From a virus: a stretch of 64,000 nucleotides of DNA. The position numbers were made by a program, and so were the translations under genes. The notes below the pieces were generated by a model. That model was not told where the DNA came from, made no database searches, and saw nothing but the letters and a program-made list of their open reading frames with translations. The DNA lies in IMG/VR virus record IMGVR_UViG_3300012013_001209; one strand, given 5' to 3'. How positions within the stretch are numbered: the stretch's first letter is position 1; every line of letters begins with the position of its first letter. Below, one piece after another: positions 19,323-28,958 of the stretch.

Positions 19323-22133
19323 TTAGGAGATGACGGGAGCCAGAGTGACGTCCTGGACGACGTTGACGTAAATATCCCCGATGTTGAACGGGAGCGAGAA
19401 CACCCAGGTGACCAGTATGCGTGCGCGGTCTTTGAGAATCGCGTCAGGAACGATCTGCAGCCCGCTGAACGCGCGTAGAAGCGGGCCGGCGTCGTTGCCG
19501 TAGCTGGACTGCGTGGCACTCGTGTAGATATCGTGCAATTCGTTCCGCATGTCCGTCATGGTTTCCGGAGTGAGGTTCTTGACGCCGATATATTTGTTCA
19601 CCACGGTCACGGTCTGGTTCGAGAGCACATCGACACCGACACCGACGGAGTCCTCGTAGGCGAGAGCGCCCTCGGTAGTGGACGAGGTCAGCTGATGCCG
19701 GATATACACGTCGGATCCTTCGGATTCCTGCGTGACAATCCACGTGCCGTTGGCCGCGATCGTGTCGAGCAGCGTATTGGAATAGCGCAGATACATGTTC
19801 GGCGCATTCGTGATCGTCGTGACTTGCGTACGTGTCAGACCCTGCTGCGGGAGCAATGCGCAGCGGAGGCCTGCGATGTGCGCGGCGAGGAAACGATTCG
19901 GGATGACTGTGGTGACACCGTTAACAGTTGTGGCGCCATTCTCCACCCACACATTGGCCGCGCGCCGGCTGGCCAGCGCCTTCGAGTTTGCGATCACGAA
20001 GTTCGCATTGTTCAGCGGCGTGTCCGCAAACATGATGACGCAGGCCGACATGTAGCTGCCCGAGGGCGTCGGCGGAGTGACCGTCAGATCCGTGGCAGAC
20101 ACAGTGAGAATCGTGAGATTCACGACGCTGCCGGAAATGCTTACCGTGATGTAATCCGAGCCGGTCGTAAGACCGAGCGTGGTGAAATCAGTTCCGGAAG
20201 CCAGAGCATTGAAGGTCACCAGGCCGCCGCTGTTGATGTTCGCGGAGAGTCCGGATACTGCCGCGCGCGCCCCGGGGCTATCGGTGCCGACGTAGCAGCG
20301 ACGGAATTGCTTTTTGGTCGGACCAGACATCGTGTCGCAATGCTCAGCAGTCACCACAGCGGCTTCGAAGTCATCGGTCACTGCCGCGAAGGCATACACG
20401 AGATTTGAATTTTCTACTTTGACGAGCGCCGCCGCGAAAGCCGTCGCGTCCCGCCCGTTCACGCGCAGGGCGTAACAGGTGACCTGATTCTGAGCGCCGT
20501 TCAGCATTTCCCGCGCGCCGAAGCCCATGTCGTTCGCCATGTCATTCACGCCGAGACTCGCCGCGATGTCGGACTCCGCAGTGAACGGAATCAGACCCTC
20601 GGTCGAAGGCGCAATATTGAGCAGGCGGTAGTAGAGAGCGAGCGTTCCTTTTGCGTTCGCAAATTCCGCAGTGCCACCAGTCCAGCCTGCGAAGGAAACT
20701 GCCATCACCGCGGCGGGAATGCCCATCGCATTCGGGACATCCACACCATCCGCGGTGAGAGTCCAGCCCGCCGTGGCCGGAATTGCACCGGCGAAGGGTT
20801 GCCGGAATTCGATGTCGGTCAACGTGACCGGATATGATCCTGGCACCGAAACATCGATGGCCGGCCCGTCGAGCAAAACTTTGTCGAACTCGGTGGTGCT
20901 GTTGGTAGCCGCCACGCAGGCGATCGTGTAAACGTCTCCCACGCGGAGTGCTCCCTGCGGCATGCCAGAGGCGAACGACGGGAAGATGATGGACACACCG
21001 AACCCAAGGGACTTCGTAGTGCCAGACAATGCCGAGCTCGCGATATTGAACGGAGTGATCAGGCCGGCTGTGTCCGAGATCTGCAGAGTCGCCACGGACG
21101 TCGCCGGGGTTGCGTTGTTGGCATTGCACGCAGACGCGAGCACCGAGACGAGGAATGTTGTGTTTGCCGCGCCGGTGTAGGTGCCGGACGAAGTCGTGAC
21201 GATGCGTGTAAACTTCTGCTTGTAGGTGAACACGAGGACATCGTTCGCCACGAGTTCTCGAGCGAGGGCCGTGCGATCGAGCGTAATTACGGTCGCACCA
21301 CCCATCGTCGCCGTAGTGCCGGTGAAAACGAGATTCGCCGTATTGTTTGCGCGGCTGGCGCAGGTGAGTTGGCCAGAATAAAGGCCGCTGGCCGAAGTGA
21401 CATTCACCACACAGAGGTATCCTGCGGAACTGGACTGCGAAACCACCGTGAAGGTGAAAGTATCGCCGACGAAATTACCCGCGATGAGAGCGCCTGTCTG
21501 CGCGCCGTTCATCAAATCACCCGTGGTCAATGTCGCCCACGTGCCGGAGCCGGCCGTGGTGGAAACCAGCGCGATGGTGGAACTCGCCGCAGTGACCGCA
21601 TTGTAGGTGCCCTGCGCAGGACTGCCGGTCGTGGCCGCTGCGCTCACCCCTCGGAATCCCGTCACCTTGCGCCGGATCGTACCGCCGTTGTAGGTGACGT
21701 AGGCGATGTCGCCGACTTGCACGGGGCGTCCGGAGAGATCGGTTTCCAGAGTGCCGCCGACCCAATTATCGGAAGGGGCAACCACGGAGTCAGAGGTGAT
21801 CGCGGAGGTGATGGTCGGAGAGGCGACGGTGGCGACACTGGCTTCCAGGCCGGTGCCGTAGAGATTCGAGCCGGAAGCGTCGGCGAAGTCGAGATCGGCG
21901 GATTGAGTCGCGGATTTCGTTTTGAGGGTGCCGCTCGAATCGTAGTATTGGAACGGGATAGTCGAGCCTGTCGTGGAGAATGCGGTGGTCGGCACCAGGC
22001 TTTCAACGCCGCTGCGGGAGAGCGTGTAATGTGGGGCGATGATCAGCGGATTCACTCGCCCGGAGGCGCCTGCAGTGACGTTCTGCAAGAATTGAAAGAG
22101 CCGGGTCTGCGGGTAGGTGTAGTTCAGAATCAT
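19323..22133 (-). CDS. Contractile tail sheath protein with large Thr/Ala/Ser-rich insertions (936 aa)
   Basis: C-terminal sheath-type core (HIAGLRCALLPQQGLTR...NGTWIV...YIRHQLT...EDSV...); position before the tube gene. Confidence 0.85.
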   Translation of the reverse strand: MILNYTYPQTRLFQFLQNVTAGASGRVNPLIIAPHYTLSRSGVESLVPTTAFSTTGSTIPFQYYDSSGTLKTKSATQSADLDFADASGSNLYGTGLEASVATVASPTITSAITSDSVVAPSDNWVGGTLETDLSGRPVQVGDIAYVTYNGGTIRRKVTGFRGVSAAATTGSPAQGTYNAVTAASSTIALVSTTAGSGTWATLTTGDLMNGAQTGALIAGNFVGDTFTFTVVSQSSSAGYLCVVNVTSASGLYSGQLTCASRANNTANLVFTGTTATMGGATVITLDRTALARELVANDVLVFTYKQKFTRIVTTSSGTYTGAANTTFLVSVLASACNANNATPATSVATLQISDTAGLITPFNIASSALSGTTKSLGFGVSIIFPSFASGMPQGALRVGDVYTIACVAATNSTTEFDKVLLDGPAIDVSVPGSYPVTLTDIEFRQPFAGAIPATAGWTLTADGVDVPNAMGIPAAVMAVSFAGWTGGTAEFANAKGTLALYYRLLNIAPSTEGLIPFTAESDIAASLGVNDMANDMGFGAREMLNGAQNQVTCYALRVNGRDATAFAAALVKVENSNLVYAFAAVTDDFEAAVVTAEHCDTMSGPTKKQFRRCYVGTDSPGARAAVSGLSANINSGGLVTFNALASGTDFTTLGLTTGSDYITVSISGSVVNLTILTVSATDLTVTPPTPSGSYMSACVIMFADTPLNNANFVIANSKALASRRAANVWVENGATTVNGVTTVIPNRFLAAHIAGLRCALLPQQGLTRTQVTTITNAPNMYLRYSNTLLDTIAANGTWIVTQESEGSDVYIRHQLTSSTTEGALAYEDSVGVGVDVLSNQTVTVVNKYIGVKNLTPETMTDMRNELHDIYTSATQSSYGNDAGPLLRAFSGLQIVPDAILKDRARILVTWVFSLPFNIGDIYVNVVQDVTLAPVIS

Positions 22134-22147
22134 GGCGTGCGATTTGG

Positions 22148-22176
22148 ATTAAACGATTTTTTTTGCGAAAGGTCAA
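22148..22176 (-). promoter_or_regulatory. Sigma70-like promoter for the sheath/tube operon
   Basis: TTGACC-N17-TTTAAT on the minus strand just upstream of the sheath ATG. Confidence 0.65.
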
Positions 22177-22847
22177 GATGCGACTATCGGGGTCTCCGAG
22201 CTCTGCTCTGCCGTTTGTTCCAAGACCACTTTCTTCAGGCGATGACTCTCGGTGTGCAGTGCAATGACGTGATTGTATTTCATGATGCCGCGCAAATCCA
22301 CTCTGAAGTATGGGATCTTGTCCGGCGGCGAGATTCGCACGGGCATGTCGATTTCGTTCATGTGGAAATGCCGGAGACCTACCTGGTCAATCAGCATTCT
22401 CCGGATGGCGCTGAAAAATGAGAACAGAGTTTCCGCCAAATTCGAACACAGATCATCCTCAGTGGCGTAGGAAACCCATTGCAATGGTGTGGTCGCCTCC
22501 ACGACTTTATATTCCACGGAATTATCCGCGTTGTGTCCGGCGTAATTCCCTATCACTTCCTCTTCCATGGTGGTCTTCCCGACCCCGACGGAAATGCACG
22601 GCAGGAAATCCTGAATTGGCCCGACATTATATTGGTGCTGCAATTCGATTTTGATCTTCCGCGTCTTCGGGTCATCGGTCCAGATCAGTCCGGAGAGGAC
22701 GTCCCGGAGCGGGCCGAAATTATGGTCGTCGGCGAAATGGGCGCGTGTCAAGATGAGGAACAGCTTGCGCATGTTCGTCGTGTTGGGAATTGCGTTTAGC
22801 GCTCCCCAAACAGACTTCTCGGCACTGGTGACGTTGGTGAGGTTCAT
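22173..22847 (-). CDS. Tail terminator/completion-like protein (224 aa)
   Basis: Size and position immediately upstream of the sheath gene. Confidence 0.5.
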   Translation of the reverse strand: MNLTNVTSAEKSVWGALNAIPNTTNMRKLFLILTRAHFADDHNFGPLRDVLSGLIWTDDPKTRKIKIELQHQYNVGPIQDFLPCISVGVGKTTMEEEVIGNYAGHNADNSVEYKVVEATTPLQWVSYATEDDLCSNLAETLFSFFSAIRRMLIDQVGLRHFHMNEIDMPVRISPPDKIPYFRVDLRGIMKYNHVIALHTESHRLKKVVLEQTAEQSSETPIVAS

Positions 22848-23665
22848 AGCGTCTGGAACATTTCATCCGGCACCGGCGGCACCGGCAAATTATACGCCTC
22901 ATGCGACCGCGGCAGCGGCAGCAATTGCACCTCGTATCCAACCGGCACAATTCCCCGGAACAACAACGGCTTGATCACCGGCCCAATCTCGTAACGCTCA
23001 TCAGAAATTGGCTGCACCACCATGAAACGCACTGCCGGCCGAGGATATGCCAACAACCGCGCATTCGCCGCCTGACCCACAGAATTACCATGCCCATCCT
23101 CACTCGGGCTCTGACGCATATCCAATTCCCCGAATTTGTGCATCCAGGTCAACGCTGGACGTCCGAAGCCTCCCTGGTAGGCCTGCCCGAAACTGTCCGA
23201 GCCGGTGGAATGCATCTGGTTGGTCACCGGGTCAAATCCTGCGGACGGAACTCCTCCCAGCAAAGGTGCAAAGATGTAAATCGGAACACCGTTGCCGGCA
23301 CGTAGGGATCGGATCTCATTCCACATCATGTCGATGAGAATACCGTATTCTTTTTTCGTGATCCGGCTGAATGGATTCACCACGGGAGAATCATGCACCG
23401 TGCCGTCTGGCATCTGCAGAGCCATCCGGTAATGGAGATTCGCCACGGAAGAACTCTTCTCAGCGCGGATGTCATCCACGTAATATCCAGCCGCTCCAGG
23501 AACCCCGACCTCGTTGATCAAGTCCCACGGTGGGAGGCCACCATTGACGGAGCGGTAAATGAAAATGTGGCCGTCCTTGAATCCAGGGTTCAGATTCCAC
23601 GTGAGCGCGGTCTGACCCTTGCCGTAGGCGGGTTGGATTTGGATTTGTGAGAAAGCGTTGCTCAC
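22844..23665 (-). CDS. Head closure/neck-like protein
   Basis: Start moved to GTG 23665 (GTGA overlap with the upstream stop). Position between the adaptor and the tail terminator. Confidence 0.5.
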   Translation of the reverse strand: MSNAFSQIQIQPAYGKGQTALTWNLNPGFKDGHIFIYRSVNGGLPPWDLINEVGVPGAAGYYVDDIRAEKSSSVANLHYRMALQMPDGTVHDSPVVNPFSRITKKEYGILIDMMWNEIRSLRAGNGVPIYIFAPLLGGVPSAGFDPVTNQMHSTGSDSFGQAYQGGFGRPALTWMHKFGELDMRQSPSEDGHGNSVGQAANARLLAYPRPAVRFMVVQPISDERYEIGPVIKPLLFRGIVPVGYEVQLLPLPRSHEAYNLPVPPVPDEMFQTL

Positions 23666-24600
23666 AGTCTGATTAATTTTCGGAGATTCTTCAACCCTGA
23701 CAGCACGCGGGTTCCAAAACTGGGAGACTGAATCAAGTGTGGACCGAATGCTTTGGGTATTGAGGCCCCGGAGACTCTTGATAAAGCGAGGGCGGGCATA
23801 CCATCCGCCGCCCGAACATGCCGCGCTCCGTATTGTCCCAGCCACTTGGGCGTATTTGTCGGCGACACATGCGCCGTCGTTTCGTAACTCGGGTTCACCG
23901 ATCCAAATGTTTGCACCATGCTCTTGGAGCCTGGATACCGAGCCGCGGGTATTTCACGATTTACGTTTACCGCCGCAGGACCTTCCGGACCGCCTGTTGA
24001 CTGCGTACGCAGGGTATCGAACGAATCCGCCTTGTAAGCATTAAACGGGCGCTGCTCCGCGTGCAGTTGTCGGTTGGTTCGACCAGACGTTACATCGCCG
24101 CGACGACCCATCGCGTAGTTTGCAGCCACATCAGGATGCTTCGAGAAGAACTGGACCTGGTCTGGTAAAATATCCCCGCCTCTAAAAATAGAACCGGAGT
24201 TCGGAGGATTGATCCTTCCCGTGACTTCAGCATTTACACCTGCTGGAATTACATACTCATGCGGCAAGGCCAAATGCCGCCCAGACGTCATCGTCTTTAT
24301 GTCCTGCAAGCGATCAGCAGCCAGCATCGGAGTCATTGGTGTCACCGCGTATCTTTCAGGATAACTAAGCAGAGATTGACCGAGAGAACGCATCTCCCGT
24401 CCCTTAAAAATTTCCCCTGTGCCGGATTGACCACGTCGAGCCTCGGTGTTCAGAAACTCCAAAATTCTACGACTGTCTGAACTGAATGCCGTAGGGTCGC
24501 TCAGCATCCTTGCGTATTCCCTACCGTGGCGTGTGTCTGCGCGCTTCACCATGTCGACCGCTGCCAGGATATGAAACGCTAATTCGGTATTCGCATTCAT
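23662..24600 (-). CDS. Leader-bearing cargo protein with possible ADP-ribosyltransferase-like fold (312 aa)
   Basis: N-terminal MNANTELAFHILAAVDMVKRA leader; IFRGG...FFSKHPDVAANYA...YE motif order resembles R-S-E ART enzymes. Confidence 0.5.
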   Translation of the reverse strand: MNANTELAFHILAAVDMVKRADTRHGREYARMLSDPTAFSSDSRRILEFLNTEARRGQSGTGEIFKGREMRSLGQSLLSYPERYAVTPMTPMLAADRLQDIKTMTSGRHLALPHEYVIPAGVNAEVTGRINPPNSGSIFRGGDILPDQVQFFSKHPDVAANYAMGRRGDVTSGRTNRQLHAEQRPFNAYKADSFDTLRTQSTGGPEGPAAVNVNREIPAARYPGSKSMVQTFGSVNPSYETTAHVSPTNTPKWLGQYGARHVRAADGMPALALSRVSGASIPKAFGPHLIQSPSFGTRVLSGLKNLRKLIRL

Positions 24601-24603
24601 AAA

Positions 24604-25335
24604 TCATCCAACACGTCCCCATCCCCTGCGGACGTTGGCAATTCGTTTCTCAGCCTTCACCGTTTCCCTGAACCGATCCCCGAAGAATTTCGCAATCGCC
24701 ATGAAATGCGCGACCTTCGTGGCGCTGACGCTGACATCCACGTTCCCCGCCTTGTAAGCCACATCGTGACGCATTTCATCCTGCAGCTTTTGCAGGTAGA
24801 GAAAGTATGCAGTACCATCCAGGAACATATTGTCTGACTTCTGCAGACAATTCGGGTCCGCCGTCTTCACATACGGAGGTGTGCCATTATATTCCCGAGC
24901 TGCCGAGCGCATCGCCGCCACAATCTCACTCGGGGCGAAATCCAGATCTGCCCCGCCACGGTTCTCCCGCTGCAGCTCAGTGTCCGCGATGTATTGGCGA
25001 ACATCCCATTCCGTCAGCGATTGGGAATTGAAAGCCGTCACCCGTCCTGCCAAGGCTGCGCTCTGCAATGCCACGCTCCGGAATATTCCCGGATCGCCGG
25101 CCACATAGGCGAGGACGTAATTCGGGGAGTTCGGAGCCATGTCCAGCTTGTAGGAAAATCCCTCCGCTGTGACGCCGGAGATCCAGGCACTGATGGTGAA
25201 CACGAACTGCCTGGCGTCGGTCAGGTTCTCCACGGCAGGAATTACCATGGTAGGGGCCGAGGCCAGCTTGGTCGGGAATTTGGCGTCGCCTTTCAATTCC
25301 CCCGCCTTCAACTGAATGGATCCGGTGAAAACCAT
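24604..25335 (-). CDS. Head-tail adaptor-like protein with N-terminal small beta domain
   Basis: Helical C-terminal half typical of adaptors. N-terminal domain resembles those of 57449..58258. Confidence 0.5.
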   Translation of the reverse strand: MVFTGSIQLKAGELKGDAKFPTKLASAPTMVIPAVENLTDARQFVFTISAWISGVTAEGFSYKLDMAPNSPNYVLAYVAGDPGIFRSVALQSAALAGRVTAFNSQSLTEWDVRQYIADTELQRENRGGADLDFAPSEIVAAMRSAAREYNGTPPYVKTADPNCLQKSDNMFLDGTAYFLYLQKLQDEMRHDVAYKAGNVDVSVSATKVAHFMAIAKFFGDRFRETVKAEKRIANVRRGWGRVG

Positions 25336-26583
25336 TTACTCGATGGGTGCGTAGTTGGTGTTCCTTGCCTGCTCCAGAAGCTTCTGCTGGGAATTCAAGC
25401 GTTCAATCATGTCCGCAGCCGTTTGCTGCTTCTGCTGGATTCTGTTGTCCCCGCCATGGATCAGGCGCGGAAGGAAATTGCCGATCGTGGACGGACCCTC
25501 GCGGAGCTTCGTGAGCCTGTCGAAGTCGCTCTCGAACCTTGGACGCACTCGATTCACTGAGCCCAAACCGTCGCGCGCTGCTCTATGCAGGTTCTCCTGA
25601 TCCGATTTCAGATTCTGCGTGAGCCTGCTCATCTGCCCTGCGTATCCGTTACCCTCCACGTCCAATTCTTTCAGACGCGTCTGGAGTCCCGGGACCAAAG
25701 AATGATTGCCGCTCTGTCTGGCGTCCTGCAATTGCCGCGCAGTATCGGCTTTCAGTTTCATCACACTCTGTTGCTGCCCTTGCAGATGCTTTAACTGCGT
25801 CACGCCAGTGTGCGACCTCACGCCACCTCCGGAACTTCCACCACCACTCCCACCGCCGGAAATATCAGCACCAGACGCGCCGGAATATGTCCGGTTGATG
25901 TAGTCGAAGGGGCTGCTGGCCCCGCCACCGCCGCCGCCACCATCATACGACGAGCCCGAGGAACCTCCGAGAATGCCGTTCGGCAGTGCGCGCAGCGCAT
26001 TACCAATTTCGGCGTCATTGTGCAGTTTGTTCAACCACATGCCAGCCCCTGTTCCAACGGCCGCAGTGGTCGCGGCACGAGGGATTGAGCCGAACAAGGC
26101 TTTCGCGACTCCCGGAATCCTCTTGATACCCGACATGATACCTAGGCCTGCGGCTCCGGCAACAGCCGGAACTCCTTTGGTGACACCTTTGCTGAGGCCG
26201 CCGAGCACTTTGGATCCCAGCCAGTCCACACCTTTTCCGATGATGCCGAATGGTCCGGCATTTTTCACAAAGGCAGCCTTGTCCATTTCCATCGTTGCAA
26301 CATGTCCGAGGGCGCGCTGGGCGGTATTTGTGCCGAGGATTTTCTCGCCGGCTTCAATCAGCATTCGGGAAATCTGTTTGCCACCTTCGAGAGCCTTCGG
26401 CCCAACTTTGGCGATTGTCTCGAGCATGGCGGATTTCTCGAACTGATCACGATATACGGGATCCTCGGACATTTCTTTCTGCTGAGCATTGTCGAGCAGC
26501 GCCGCGGTCGTCTCCAGCGACAGGCCGGCGATGCAGCATTGTTTCACAAATTCTTCGATGAAGATTGGGTCGGTAGATTTCAT
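25336..26583 (-). CDS. Gly-rich putative internal head protein (K-x-A motifs)
   Basis: EKSA, DKAA, VKNA motifs, GxxxG helices, poly-Gly linker, coiled-coil C-terminus. Start set at ATG 26583. Confidence 0.6.
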   Translation of the reverse strand: MKSTDPIFIEEFVKQCCIAGLSLETTAALLDNAQQKEMSEDPVYRDQFEKSAMLETIAKVGPKALEGGKQISRMLIEAGEKILGTNTAQRALGHVATMEMDKAAFVKNAGPFGIIGKGVDWLGSKVLGGLSKGVTKGVPAVAGAAGLGIMSGIKRIPGVAKALFGSIPRAATTAAVGTGAGMWLNKLHNDAEIGNALRALPNGILGGSSGSSYDGGGGGGGASSPFDYINRTYSGASGADISGGGSGGGSSGGGVRSHTGVTQLKHLQGQQQSVMKLKADTARQLQDARQSGNHSLVPGLQTRLKELDVEGNGYAGQMSRLTQNLKSDQENLHRAARDGLGSVNRVRPRFESDFDRLTKLREGPSTIGNFLPRLIHGGDNRIQQKQQTAADMIERLNSQQKLLEQARNTNYAPIE

Positions 26584-26688
26584 AAAATTGTTTTTCACAA
26601 TGGCACTTTCAAATGGCGTTTTTTACAAATGGACGAAACAGTGAAGTCACAAACACCACCTTAAATGATTCGGAATTATTTGTCCCGT

Positions 26689-26728
26689 AAAAACAAACCG
26701 GGCCACCAGATTTCTCCAGTGGCCCGGT
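26689..26728 (-). terminator. Rho-independent terminator after the major capsid gene
   Basis: Perfect 10-bp stem (26697-26706 / 26719-26728) followed on the minus strand by TTGTTTTT. Confidence 0.85.
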
Positions 26729-26753
26729 CGTGATTAATCGAAGTCGCGATTCG

Positions 26754-27716
26754 TTACGGAGCGATGATGTGCTTGCTCCGCTGAACGGCATTCACGTTCG
26801 GGATCGAAACCCCGATGAATTCGTCGGCATGCATCGTGATCGTGTGCTCCTCGCGCTTGATGTAGGTCTTGATGTCCTGCAAGCGATAGGCACGACCGAG
26901 ATAATCGGGCTCGGCGAATTTGTAGATGACGTTGTCGGGCACGAGTGTCTTCTTGATCGTCGCGATGTGCGGGATGTTGAAGAACTTGTATTCCGTGAGT
27001 GCTTCGAGACCCTCAATGAGGAGGTCCTGACATTTGTCACCGCCGACTTCGTCGCGATACCATTTCAGGAACTCAATTGGGGTTGTTCTGTTCGTACAAA
27101 ACACGGAATTATTCAGGTCGCGGTCGAGCAAATGGCGGAGATTATCCGCGTAATTCGCTCGGCTGATGCGGCCGACAATTTCGAAGTTCTGCTTGACGCC
27201 GGAAGCGCCAACACCGACGGGCGAACCAACGATCTGGTCGAGACCCTTGAACCACTGAACGTCCTCCGCAGTGTGCATGTCTTTGAGCATATTGCCCATG
27301 ACCATTTCACGGAGGTTGTTTTTGTAGGTCGAGAGCTGCCACACGTTCTTCGTGAATTTCCGTGAGGAGATCCGGTAGAAGTTCGTGTCGAAGTAGTCGC
27401 CGCGGTAGAACGCCGTGTCCGCCGAATCATTGTAATTCAGACAGACAGCAGCTTCCTGCTCGGGTTCCATTTCCTCGCGGATATACTGCGACTCGTTGCC
27501 GTTGTACGTGAGGTCCTCGGGCTTGACGTCCTTGAAAGGCTGAACCTTCCGTTGGACGCCCGACTCGCGGATCTTGCGTTTGATGAGACCTTGACCGATG
27601 GCCGACGCGTTCTTGCACATATCGCCAGGCATTGCGTCCTGGAGAGCTGTGAGGAATTCCTGGTCCAGGATTTCCGGCGACATTTCCTGCTGATCAGGAT
27701 TGTTTTTGGTATTCAT
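26754..27716 (-). CDS. Major capsid protein (320 aa)
   Basis: Size, strongly biased codon usage, position after the protease/scaffold/decoration genes, dedicated terminator, K35-N-A37 after a short N-terminal segment. Confidence 0.75.
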   Translation of the reverse strand: MNTKNNPDQQEMSPEILDQEFLTALQDAMPGDMCKNASAIGQGLIKRKIRESGVQRKVQPFKDVKPEDLTYNGNESQYIREEMEPEQEAAVCLNYNDSADTAFYRGDYFDTNFYRISSRKFTKNVWQLSTYKNNLREMVMGNMLKDMHTAEDVQWFKGLDQIVGSPVGVGASGVKQNFEIVGRISRANYADNLRHLLDRDLNNSVFCTNRTTPIEFLKWYRDEVGGDKCQDLLIEGLEALTEYKFFNIPHIATIKKTLVPDNVIYKFAEPDYLGRAYRLQDIKTYIKREEHTITMHADEFIGVSIPNVNAVQRSKHIIAP

Positions 27717-27725
27717 GGATTTGGA

Positions 27726-28430
27726 TTAGACGTCGGTCGTGGTGCGGAGGTTCTTCTGGTAGTTGGTCTGGAGCTGGAGCACCAGGACTTCCCCGTTGGC
27801 GTCAGGCGCGACGTTCGAATTGGTGCGGCCGATACCGGGAGTGGTATTGGACGGACCGACATCGATCGGGCCTGCGAATTTCGAGATCTTGCCGAGGACG
27901 GTGCAGGTGCCACTCGCAACCGGAATCACGTAACCAAGACCCGCGTTGCTGATGTCGCCCGTGAGCCAGGCGTTTGCAGCGTAGGTCGTGGCGATGGTGG
28001 CGCCGGTGGGAGCAGTGCCTGCGACGGTCGCGCCGCCGGCTGCACTCGAGTGACGGAAGTAGGCCGTCTGAAGTTCGTAGTTGTCAGCGCATGAGAGCGC
28101 CGAAAACAGACCCGAACTGGTGATCATCGTGTCGTTGTAGTCGTACTTCGCGAAATGCGGAGTCGCATTCACGTCATACGTCCAATCCGCTGCCGACGCC
28201 GCGTTGGCGGTGCTGGCTGCGGTGATGGCCGTCGCGACTGGGCTCCAGCCGATTACGAAGTCTTCGTAACCGAGGGCGGAGTTCCAGAGAAGCGAGCAGA
28301 GCATCCCGGACATGATTTGATGACCAGCACGAATCGGAGCAACCGTCTCGCCATTGCTGGTACCGTTAGGGTCCCAGCCACGCAGGACGACGAGGGCGGC
28401 TTTCGCGCGCTGGATCGTTCCAATGTTCAT
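27726..28430 (-). CDS. Capsid decoration/cement-like protein (234 aa)
   Basis: Thr/Ala/Gly-rich beta protein immediately upstream of the capsid gene. Confidence 0.55.
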   Translation of the reverse strand: MNIGTIQRAKAALVVLRGWDPNGTSNGETVAPIRAGHQIMSGMLCSLLWNSALGYEDFVIGWSPVATAITAASTANAASAADWTYDVNATPHFAKYDYNDTMITSSGLFSALSCADNYELQTAYFRHSSAAGGATVAGTAPTGATIATTYAANAWLTGDISNAGLGYVIPVASGTCTVLGKISKFAGPIDVGPSNTTPGIGRTNSNVAPDANGEVLVLQLQTNYQKNLRTTTDV

Positions 28431-28458
28431 GGTGTTGTTCTTTTTTCTTGCTGATTAC

Positions 28459-28953
28459 TCACGCACGCTCGGCCTGGATTCGACGGACGGCAGCGATCTC
28501 TTCCTCCGAGGGGGAGTCGGGATCATTGCTATTCGTCACAGCTCCAGGGCTGGACAAGTATGCGCGTTTCGGCACACCAGTTCCCACTCGGTGGGCTGAT
28601 GTCGAAATTGGTGAAATCTGGCAGTAACGCCGGATTGAAGCGAGGGCGATCTTCGGATCGGAGCGGAGATCTGAGGCGAATTTCGTGGCCAGTTCGGCGG
28701 GACAGAAGTTGGCTTCAACAGCAGCCTCGACGGTCGCCGTAATATCCTCGTCCGAATAAATCGGCGCCTCAGTTTTCTTAGCACTGGCCACCTTGACCAA
28801 TTCCAGATTCGCCTCCGCATTGCGCTGCGCCACCACCGCGAAATCCCGTTCCTTGTTCGCCTGCTTGACAGCGGCGATTGCCTCGTCCACCACGGCCAGA
28901 GCTCCTGGCAGTAATGTGGACAATTTTTCGGGTGAGATGAGGGTGGCAGCCAT
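28459..28953 (-). CDS. Scaffold/core-like helical protein (164 aa)
   Basis: Coiled-coil, KVAS and KRA motifs, head-module position. Confidence 0.5.
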   Translation of the reverse strand: MAATLISPEKLSTLLPGALAVVDEAIAAVKQANKERDFAVVAQRNAEANLELVKVASAKKTEAPIYSDEDITATVEAAVEANFCPAELATKFASDLRSDPKIALASIRRYCQISPISTSAHRVGTGVPKRAYLSSPGAVTNSNDPDSPSEEEIAAVRRIQAERA

Positions 28954-28958
28954 CTGGA

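Noticed and set aside
916-22133. T6SS/eCIS/tailocin locus
   Set aside because: Capsid, prohead protease and endolysin genes are in the same unit, so this is a complete phage.
26600-26680. Promoter for 25336..26583
   Set aside because: AT-rich, but no -35/-10 pair at acceptable spacing was convincing.
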